24,000 nt of DNA from Paradevosia shaoguanensis (GTDB lineage: Bacteria > Pseudomonadota > Alphaproteobacteria > Rhizobiales > Devosiaceae), in assembly GCF_016801025.1 (NCBI RefSeq), contig NZ_CP068983.1, positions 2,015,888 through 2,039,887 of the forward strand. Direction: 5' to 3'. Below, in pieces: positions 17,545-24,000 of the stretch. Made by a program: the position numbers and the translations under genes. The notes beneath the pieces were generated by a model. It saw only the letters and a list, made by a program, of their open reading frames with translations, ran no database searches and was not told where the DNA came from. How positions within the stretch are numbered: the stretch's first letter is position 1; the number at the start of each line of letters is the position of its first letter.

Positions 17545-18114
17545 ATGACCACGACCGTTTCCAAAAAGCTCGACTTCCGCCCCGTCACCGCCATCAATGC
17601 CGCCGATTTCGAGGCGCTGTTCATGGCGCCCGGCGGTCCCAAATTCTGCTGGTGCATGGTCTGGCGCGCTACCGCGGCAGAGGGGCGCGGGCGGAACACG
17701 TCGAGCGAGAAGCGCCATGGCCAGATGTCGGGGCGCATTGCCGGCGGTATGCCGGTTGGCCTCCTCGCCTACGACGCAGGCCTGCCGGTCGCCTGGGTAT
17801 CGATCGCGCCCAAGGCGACCTATCAGCGCCTCAAGGGCCCAGATCCCTCGCCGGGCGAAGTCGTGTGGTCATTGGCCTGCATGTTCGCGCGGCGGCAATG
17901 GCGCGGGCAGGGCATCGCCCACCAGCTCATCGCCGCCGCCGTCGCCCATGCCCGCTCCGAGGGTGCCAATGTGGTCGAGGCCTATCCGGTGGCGCCCGAC
18001 GCACCGTCCTATCGGTTCATGGGTTTCGTCCCGGCTTTCGAACGAGCCGGGTTCGAGGCCGCCGGCATGGCCGGCAAGCGGCGTCACGTCATGCGATTGA
18101 GCATGGGCCGTTAA
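17545..18114 (+). CDS. GNAT family N-acetyltransferase
   Basis: Acetyl-CoA binding motif A RRQWRGQGIAHQLI followed by the AHARSEGA helix. First ATG at 17545; the track start at 17539 is a TTG. Confidence 0.8.
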   Translation: MTTTVSKKLDFRPVTAINAADFEALFMAPGGPKFCWCMVWRATAAEGRGRNTSSEKRHGQMSGRIAGGMPVGLLAYDAGLPVAWVSIAPKATYQRLKGPDPSPGEVVWSLACMFARRQWRGQGIAHQLIAAAVAHARSEGANVVEAYPVAPDAPSYRFMGFVPAFERAGFEAAGMAGKRRHVMRLSMGR

Positions 18115-18179
18115 GAAAACGGCAACCATAAGCAATAGTTTTCCAAAGCCGGTACAAAGTCTTAACAAGACCTTTACGT

Positions 18180-18197
18180 TTGGCACGTTGGCTGCAA
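18180..18197 (+). promoter_or_regulatory. Near-consensus sigma54 (RpoN) -24/-12 promoter tTGGCACGttggCTGCAa
   Basis: GG (18182-18183) and GC (18194-18195) are separated by exactly 10 nt. TGGCACG-N4-cTGCA has one mismatch to TGGCACG-N4-TTGCW. It is about 75 nt upstream of ATG 18273. Confidence 0.45.
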
Positions 18198-18272
18198 CGT
18201 AGCGGGTAGGGCCGCGTTTCGGGTGATCCGGGACGAAACACTTGGCCCGAACCGATACAGGAACGGCCAAAC

Positions 18273-18539
18273 ATGTCCCAAAACGAGACAAGCCACAGCC
18301 AGGACTTTTCCCGCTACCTCCCCGTGGCCACCGAGGCGCGCGCCGAGCGCCCGTCCTTGGTCCGCATCAGTTCGGATGCGACGTTTCTCAGTCAGATGAT
18401 TGCAGAGCGCCAGCGCCTGCCGCTGCAGCGCGAAAAGCGCCGTGCACCGGTGGACGAAGCCGTCGGCGCCTACGCGACCGGCGCCACCCGCTCGGTTCGC
18501 CGCATGCCGGCGGGCTATCGCCACACGGGCGTCGCCTGA
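18273..18539 (+). CDS. Hypothetical small protein (88 aa)
   Basis: GC3-rich codons, AGGAA about 9 nt upstream of the ATG. The overlapping - strand ORFs look like Arg/Ala-rich shadow frames. I recognise no family. Confidence 0.5.
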   Translation: MSQNETSHSQDFSRYLPVATEARAERPSLVRISSDATFLSQMIAERQRLPLQREKRRAPVDEAVGAYATGATRSVRRMPAGYRHTGVA

Positions 18540-18675
18540 GGTTTTTGGCTTTTAAGTGCGGTGGTTGGCGCAGCGCGCCTGGTACACGCTCCACCCCCGC
18601 AAGGGGGCTAGGCTCGAGCAACAAACCTCACCCTGGGGAGGGCCAGGGAGGGGAAAGGCCACGCGCCCTGTCGTC

Positions 18676-19530
18676 CTACCCGAACACCACCGTCTTGCGC
18701 CCATTGAGCATGACCCGGCTCTCGAGGTGCAGTTTCACCGCCCGCGCCAGCACCCGGCTCTCGACGTCACGTCCCGTCGCAATCAGGTCGTCCGGGCTCA
18801 TGGCGTGGTTCACGCGTTCGATTTCCTGCTCGATGATCGGACCTTCATCCAGGTCCGGCGTCACGTAATGCGCCGTCGCCCCGATGATCTTGACCCCGCG
18901 CTCATGGGCCTGGTGATAGGGCTTTGCGCCCTTGAAGCTGGGCAGGAACGAGTGGTGGATATTGATCACCTGCCCATAGAGTCGCGTCGAGAGCTTGTCC
19001 GAAAGGATCTGCATGTAGCGCGCCAGCACGACGAGATCTGCCCCCGTTTCCTTGAAGAGTTTTAGGACTTCCTCTTCCTGGGCGGCCTTGTTGTCCTTGC
19101 TGACCGGCAGCACGTGATAGGGAATGCCTTCGTATTCTGCGGTCTTGCGCGAATCCTCGTGGTTGGAGATGATGGCCACCACCTCGGCATCCAGCCAGCC
19201 GACCCGGATCTGGTAGAGCAGGTGCAGCAGCGCATGGTCGAACTTGGAGACCATGACCAGGATTTTCTTCTTCTGGCTCTGGTCGATCAGTTCGGTCCGC
19301 ATGCCGAAGCGCTCGATGGCCGGCTTGAGCGCCTTGTCGATTGCCTCGCGCGCCTCGCCATCTGGCGCAGTGAACGCCAGACGCATGAAGAAGCGCCCGG
19401 TCTCGCGATCCCAGAACTGGTTGGATTCGGCGATATTGGCATTGAGGGCGGCGAGTTCGGTCGTGACCGCCGCCACGATACCCGGCCGGTCCTCGCAGGA
19501 GAGGGTGAGGATGAAATTGCTGGCCGGCAT
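18676..19530 (-). CDS. purU: Formyltetrahydrofolate deformylase
   Basis: N-terminal ACT domain (ILTLSCEDRPGIVAAVT), then a formyltransferase domain (NIHHSFLPSFKGAKPYHQA). ATG 19528-19530 is preceded by GGGGAG. Confidence 0.9.
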   Translation of the reverse strand: MPASNFILTLSCEDRPGIVAAVTTELAALNANIAESNQFWDRETGRFFMRLAFTAPDGEAREAIDKALKPAIERFGMRTELIDQSQKKKILVMVSKFDHALLHLLYQIRVGWLDAEVVAIISNHEDSRKTAEYEGIPYHVLPVSKDNKAAQEEEVLKLFKETGADLVVLARYMQILSDKLSTRLYGQVINIHHSFLPSFKGAKPYHQAHERGVKIIGATAHYVTPDLDEGPIIEQEIERVNHAMSPDDLIATGRDVESRVLARAVKLHLESRVMLNGRKTVVFG

Positions 19531-19700
19531 GTGTGCGCTCCCCATAGTGATCGGCGGCGATATGCGAGCCTAGAGCAGCAACAGTCAAGGGGAAGCCCCA
19601 GTCACTGATCTTGCTCACTGACCGCGCCCACATGCCGCCTTAACTTCCCGACGTGCCCGGCCTATATCTCCCCCACTGCCACCGAACCCAAGTCCCAAAA

Positions 19701-20201
19701 ATGTTCCAACCCGCTCCCGCCGCCGATGCCTTTGCCAGCAAATCCGAGCTCTACGCCGAACTCGCGCTGCAACTCACTGGCCTCTTCACCGGCGAGCGCG
19801 ACAGGATCGCCAATGCCGCCAACATGTCGGCGCTGATCTTCGCCATGCTGCCCGATCTCAACTGGGCCGGGTTCTACTTCCTCAACGCGGCGGGCGACGA
19901 GCTGGTCGTCGGGCCCTTCCAGGGCAAGCCGGCCTGCGTGCGCATCGCCATCGGGCGCGGCGTCTGCGGCACCTCGGTGGCCGAAAAGCGCTCCATCGTC
20001 GTCCCCGACGTTTTCGCCTTCCCCGGCCACATCGCCTGCGACGCCGCCTCGCGCTCCGAACTGGTGGTGCCGCTGCTTAAGGACGGCAAGGTCATCGGCG
20101 TTCTCGACCTCGACAGCCCCAATCCGGGCCGGTTTGATGAAGAAGATCGCGCCGGGCTGGAGAAGGCCGCGGCGATTTTCTTGGACGCCAGCGACTTCTA
20201 G
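19701..20201 (+). CDS. GAF domain protein of the free methionine-(R)-sulfoxide reductase (YebR/MsrC-like) family
   Basis: WAGFYF...GPFQGKPACVRIAIGRGVCG...FPGHIACD..SRSELVVPL pattern typical of fRMsr GAF proteins. 166 aa from ATG 19701. Confidence 0.8.
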   Translation: MFQPAPAADAFASKSELYAELALQLTGLFTGERDRIANAANMSALIFAMLPDLNWAGFYFLNAAGDELVVGPFQGKPACVRIAIGRGVCGTSVAEKRSIVVPDVFAFPGHIACDAASRSELVVPLLKDGKVIGVLDLDSPNPGRFDEEDRAGLEKAAAIFLDASDF

Positions 20202-20204
20202 AAA

Positions 20205-20345
20205 GACCCCTCATCCGGCCTTCGGCCACCTTCTCCCCGACGGGGCGAAGGCGATGATGCACGATCGCGCCCCACCACCCACCTCGCCCCCTCGGGGAGA
20301 GGTCGCCGCGGAGCGGCGGGTGAGGGGTGGCCAGCAACACCGGCC
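20205..20345. repeat. GC-rich intergenic hairpin repeats between convergent genes
   Basis: CCTTCTCCCC gac GGGGCGAAGG (20229-20251) and ACCTCGCCCC ctc GGGGAGAGGT (20281-20303), plus GGCCttcGGCC (20217-20227). Their translations give the spurious ORFs 20092-20364(-) and 20134-20385(+). Confidence 0.5.
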
Positions 20346-20348
20346 GGC

Positions 20349-21143
20349 CTACTTCACCAGCCACTCATGCTCAGGCGCATTGTAGAATTTCCACGTGCGC
20401 TTCGGCCCGGCCATAACGTTGAGGTAATAAAGATCATACCCGTGCGTCGCCGCCACCGGATGATAGCCCTTGGGCACCAGCGTCACGTCGCCGTCTTCCA
20501 CCACCATCGCCTCATCGAGGCTGCGGTCATCGGTATAGACCCGCTGAAACCCGAAACCCTGCGGCGGGTTGAGCCGGTGGTAGTAGGTCTCTTCCAGAAA
20601 GCTTTCGTGCGGCAGGTTGTCGGTATCGTGCTTGTGCGGCGGATAGCTCGACGTATGGCCGCCCGGCGTAATCACTTCCACCACCAACAGAGAGTCCGCC
20701 GGGTCGGTCTCAGGCAGGATATTGGTCACGTAGCGGGTATTGGTGCCGGTGCCGCGCGTGATCTGCGGATTGGTCCCCGGCGGGATCAGTCGGGCCGGCA
20801 GCGTGCCGCCGGCGCCCGGCGCCGAGCACACGGCCAGTTCCAGCTCCGTCGTCGCCTCGACGCTCCACTCGGCCCCGGCCGGCACATAGACCGCATAGGG
20901 TGCGCCCTCGAAGGGCGACATGCGCTCGCCGATCTCGCCGAAATCTTCGCCGCCGCCCGAGATTTTCGCCCGGCCCGAAACCAGCACGAGGCAAACCTCG
21001 CGGGTGCCGGTCTTCTCGCTCGCCGTCTCGCCGGGTTTGAGCTTGAAAAGCTCGAACCCGACATAGGTCCAGCCCGCGCTTTCCGGCGTCACCGACACCA
21101 CGCGGCCGGAAGTCCCCTTCGGCCTAACTTTTAGGTTTGGCAT
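20349..21143 (-). CDS. iolB: 5-deoxy-glucuronate isomerase
   Basis: SYPPHKHD..NLP.ESFLEETYYH....QGFGFQRVYTDDRSLDE and YYLNVMAGP..WKF blocks match IolB. ATG 21141-21143 gives 264 aa; the track ORF is extended by 19 codons. Confidence 0.88.
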   Translation of the reverse strand: MPNLKVRPKGTSGRVVSVTPESAGWTYVGFELFKLKPGETASEKTGTREVCLVLVSGRAKISGGGEDFGEIGERMSPFEGAPYAVYVPAGAEWSVEATTELELAVCSAPGAGGTLPARLIPPGTNPQITRGTGTNTRYVTNILPETDPADSLLVVEVITPGGHTSSYPPHKHDTDNLPHESFLEETYYHRLNPPQGFGFQRVYTDDRSLDEAMVVEDGDVTLVPKGYHPVAATHGYDLYYLNVMAGPKRTWKFYNAPEHEWLVK

Positions 21144-21369
21144 TCTTGCGGGCCTCCTCGAGCGCCTTGTCGAAATTGATGAAGAAGGTCCAGACGCCAT
21201 AGACCAGCATCACCAGCGAGATGAGGCCCCAGAACTGGTCGTGGTTGTAAAGCCATTCCCAGAGCGTCCAGCAGGCGATGGCGGCGACCACGATCACCCG
21301 GCGATAGACCGGTTCGAACCAGCCCAGCGTCATGAAACCCGGCTTTTCCGGCTGCTTGTCGTCCGTCAT
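21124..21369 (-). CDS. Small two-TM membrane protein (81 aa; possibly DUF3329-like) between iolE and iolB
   Basis: Strong SD GGAGGA 5 nt upstream of the ATG, GC3-rich codons, and two hydrophobic helices (VIVVAAIACWTLWEWL, FWGLISLVMLVYGVWTFFINF). Its 3' end overlaps the iolB start by 20 nt. Confidence 0.65.
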   Translation of the reverse strand: MTDDKQPEKPGFMTLGWFEPVYRRVIVVAAIACWTLWEWLYNHDQFWGLISLVMLVYGVWTFFINFDKALEEARKNAKPKS

Positions 21370-21407
21370 CGCATCCTCCTCGGTGGAAAGGGCTTTCTAG
21401 CCCTCCC

Positions 21408-22325
21408 TCAGCGGGTCGGAAAGCCCTGCGTCTCGACCGTATAGCCGGCGGCGTTCATCACCCGCATCAGTTCGGCATGCCCGACCTGCGCCATTCTGAG
21501 CGGCGGGTTCTTCTTGGGGTCCTGCTCGGCCTCGACCACGAACCAGCCTTCATAGCCATGGTCCGCAAAGCGCTGCACGATGGCGCCGAAGTCCAAAGAA
21601 CCATCGCCCGGCACGGTGAAGGCGCCGAGTGCCACGGCATCGAGGAAGCTCTGCTTGCTGCGATCCAGCCCATCCACCACGGCGCGGCGAATGTCCTTCA
21701 CGTGCACGTGGTTGATGCGCGCATGGTGATTGTCGATGGCCCGCAGCACGTCCCCGCCGGCAAAGGCCAGGTGCCCGGCATCGAGCAGCAGCGGAATGCC
21801 CGGACCCGACGCCGCCATGAAGGCATCCAGCTCCGGCTCGGTCTCGACCACGGCCGCCATATGGTGGTGATAGGAAAGCGGCATGCCCTGCTCGGCGCAC
21901 CATTCCCCGAAGGCCGTCACCTTTTTGGCATAGGCCTTCATCTCGTCGTCCGAAAGCTTCGGCTTGGTCGCCAGCGGCTTCGACCGATCCCCCTGGATCG
22001 AGCGGCCGACTTCGCCATAGACGATGCAGGGTGCGTCGACGGCCTTGAAGAGCTCGATCATCGGCGCGATGCGGTCCTTGTTGGCCGCCAGCTCCTCGTT
22101 GACCAGCGTGCCGGAAAACCAGCCGCCGCACAGCGTCACGTCGGCGGCGCGCAGGATCGGCAGCATTACCTCGGGATCGTCCGGGAAGCGCCGCCCCTTC
22201 TCCATGCCGGTGAACCCGGCCGAGCGCGACTGGCGCAGGCATTCCTCGAGCGAAACGTCGTCGCTCAGCTCCACCAGGTCGTCATTCCACCAGGCGATCG
22301 GGGACATCCCCAGTTTGGCTTTCAT
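21408..22325 (-). CDS. iolE: myo-Inosose-2 dehydratase
   Basis: MKAKLGMSPIAWWNDDL N-terminus and xylose-isomerase-like TIM barrel blocks typical of IolE. 305 aa. Confidence 0.88.
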   Translation of the reverse strand: MKAKLGMSPIAWWNDDLVELSDDVSLEECLRQSRSAGFTGMEKGRRFPDDPEVMLPILRAADVTLCGGWFSGTLVNEELAANKDRIAPMIELFKAVDAPCIVYGEVGRSIQGDRSKPLATKPKLSDDEMKAYAKKVTAFGEWCAEQGMPLSYHHHMAAVVETEPELDAFMAASGPGIPLLLDAGHLAFAGGDVLRAIDNHHARINHVHVKDIRRAVVDGLDRSKQSFLDAVALGAFTVPGDGSLDFGAIVQRFADHGYEGWFVVEAEQDPKKNPPLRMAQVGHAELMRVMNAAGYTVETQGFPTR

Positions 22326-22335
22326 GCTTTTGGTC

Positions 22336-24000
22336 CTAAACGTGCTTTTGGTCTTTTAGCGCCTGCTCGTAGTCTTTTCGCGCCGCATTCACCTGCTTGC
22401 GGTCCGAGACTTCGGGCACCGCCACATCCCACCAGGCGCCGCCCGCCTCGGTGGTGATCAGCGGATCGGTGTCGATGACCAGCACCGTGGTCCGCGTCTC
22501 CCGCTCGGTCTCTTTCAGCGCCGCTTCGAGCTCGGCAATCGAGGCCACCTTCCTGGCTACCGCCCCCATCGAGGCGGCGTGCGCCGCAAAATCGATCTGC
22601 GGCAGCACCTCGTGATAGGTGTCCTTGAGCAGATTGTTGAAGTTGGCCCCGCCGGTGGCCATCTGCAGCCGGTTGATGCAGCCATAGCCGGCATTGTCGA
22701 GCAGCACGATGGTGAGCTTGGCCCCCAGCATGATCGAGGAGGCGATCTCCGAGTTCAGCATCATGTAGCTGCCGTCGCCCACCATCACCACGACGTCGTC
22801 ATAGGGCCGCGCCAGCTTGACGCCCAGGCCCCCCGCGATCTCGTAGCCCATGGTCGAAAAGCCGTATTCGAGGTGATAGCTCCCCGGCCCCTTGGCCTGC
22901 CAGAGCTTGTGTAGCTCCCCCGGCAGCCCGCCCGCCGCGCAGACGAGAATGGCATTGTCCCGCGCCCGCTGTACCGCGCCGATCACCTGCGCGTCGGACG
23001 GCAGTTCATTGGTCGGCGCCGTCGCCCGCCCCGCCGCTTCCAGCCATTCGGCCTTGCCCTTGAGGGCGCTGTCGGTCCAGTCCTGGTCGGCCTGCCAGCC
23101 GCCGAGCGAAGCATCGAGCGCTTCGAGCGTCGTGCGCGCATCGCCCACCAGCGGCATGGCCCCGTGCTTGCCGGCGTCGAATGGCTGCACGTTGAGCCCG
23201 ACGATTTCGAGATCCGCGTTGCGGAACAGCGCCCAGCTGCCGGTGGTGAAGTCCTGGAGGCGCGTGCCCACCGCCAGCACCAGGTCGGCTTCTTCCGCCA
23301 GCTGGTTGGCCGCCGATGTTCCGGTCACGCCCACCGAGCCCATATTGAGATAATGGTCGTGCGGCAGGCTCGATTTGCCCGCCTGCGTCTCCATCACCGG
23401 CAGTCCGTGGTTTTCCGCAAAGGTGCGCAGCGCGTCGGAGGCTTCCGAATAGAGCACCCCGCCGCCCGCGATGATCACCGGTTTTTTGGCCTTTTGCAGC
23501 GCTACAGCCGCCGCGGCGAACTCGTCGGCGTCCGGCAGCACCCGCCGCGTCCGCCAGACTTTTTCCTCGAAAAAACTCTCCGGGTAGTCATAGGCCTCGG
23601 CCTGCACATCCTGGCAGAGGCTGAGCGTCACCGGCCCGCACTCGGCGGGGTCCGTGAGAACCTCCATCGCCCGCCGCAAGGCCGGCATGATCTGCTCCGG
23701 CCGCGTGATGCGGTCGAAATAGCGCGAGACGGTCCGAAAACAGTCATTGGCCGAAACCGTGCCGTCGCCAAAATTCTCGATTTGCTGGAGCACCGGGTCG
23801 GGTCCGCGATTGGCGAAGACATCGCCCGGCAGCAGCAGGATCGGCAGGCGGTTGACATGGGCGAGCGCCGCCGCCGTCACCATGTTGAGCGCGCCCGGCC
23901 CGATCGAGGACGTCGCCGCCATGAACCGCCGCCGGAAACTCGCCTTGGCGAAGGCGATGGCGGCATGGGCCATGCCCTGCTCGTTCTGGGCGCGAAAAGT
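22336..24000 (-). CDS. iolD: 3D-(3,5/4)-trihydroxycyclohexane-1,2-dione acylhydrolase (TPP-dependent), N-terminus outside the window
   Basis: TPP-enzyme architecture with GDGSYMMLN (TPP-binding motif) and NEQGMAHAAIAFAK in the N-terminal Pyr domain. The frame stays open to base 24000. Confidence 0.9.
   Translation of the reverse strand, partial: TFRAQNEQGMAHAAIAFAKASFRRRFMAATSSIGPGALNMVTAAALAHVNRLPILLLPGDVFANRGPDPVLQQIENFGDGTVSANDCFRTVSRYFDRITRPEQIMPALRRAMEVLTDPAECGPVTLSLCQDVQAEAYDYPESFFEEKVWRTRRVLPDADEFAAAAVALQKAKKPVIIAGGGVLYSEASDALRTFAENHGLPVMETQAGKSSLPHDHYLNMGSVGVTGTSAANQLAEEADLVLAVGTRLQDFTTGSWALFRNADLEIVGLNVQPFDAGKHGAMPLVGDARTTLEALDASLGGWQADQDWTDSALKGKAEWLEAAGRATAPTNELPSDAQVIGAVQRARDNAILVCAAGGLPGELHKLWQAKGPGSYHLEYGFSTMGYEIAGGLGVKLARPYDDVVVMVGDGSYMMLNSEIASSIMLGAKLTIVLLDNAGYGCINRLQMATGGANFNNLLKDTYHEVLPQIDFAAHAASMGAVARKVASIAELEAALKETERETRTTVLVIDTDPLITTEAGGAWWDVAVPEVSDRKQVNAARKDYEQALKDQKHV

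Noticed and set aside
18162-18176. TTAAcaagaccTTTA, a CtrA-like half-degenerate box just upstream of the sigma54 promoter
   Set aside because: The second half site is TTTA rather than TTAA, and in this AT-richer tract such a partial match is not convincing.

Overview
GC-rich chromosomal segment with strong GC3 bias. Gene content and order look alphaproteobacterial, Hyphomicrobiales/Rhizobiales-like (inference only). Most of the window is ordinary housekeeping. On the + strand: a PlsC-family acyltransferase (partial), a membrane-anchored protein, gloB, an Lrp regulator, a LysE exporter, rlmJ, a GNAT and a GAF/fRMsr protein. On the - strand: chaC, hisC-tyrC, a SAM methyltransferase, dedA, typA, a PAS-GGDEF-EAL protein, argG, purU and the inositol catabolism genes iolD-iolE-(small ORF)-iolB. 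Many long ORFs in the six-frame track are antisense shadow ORFs or N-terminally over-extended, and I trimmed starts accordingly. The standout is a compact IS110-family element of about 1.1 kb (5095-6197). It sits inside one hairpin of a structured intergenic repeat. An intact paralogous copy of that repeat lies elsewhere in the window (8038-8122, opposite orientation) and serves as an empty site, so the IS ends and a CC core can be read to the base. The 158-nt left end upstream of the transposase folds by hand into two stem/internal-loop modules. Their loop arms match the target flanks and the IS ends in the geometry reported for IS621 bridge RNAs, so this is a candidate uncharacterised bridge RNA-guided recombinase. 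Secondary observations are listed here. (1) An alphaproteobacterial LexA box overlaps a near-consensus promoter of an orphan small gene. (2) A full CtrA box lies upstream of the GGDEF-EAL gene. (3) A near-consensus sigma54 promoter precedes an orphan 88-codon ORF. (4) A small membrane ORF is nested in the iol operon. (5) There are several GC-rich hairpin repeats. I saw no rRNA, tRNA or CRISPR array.
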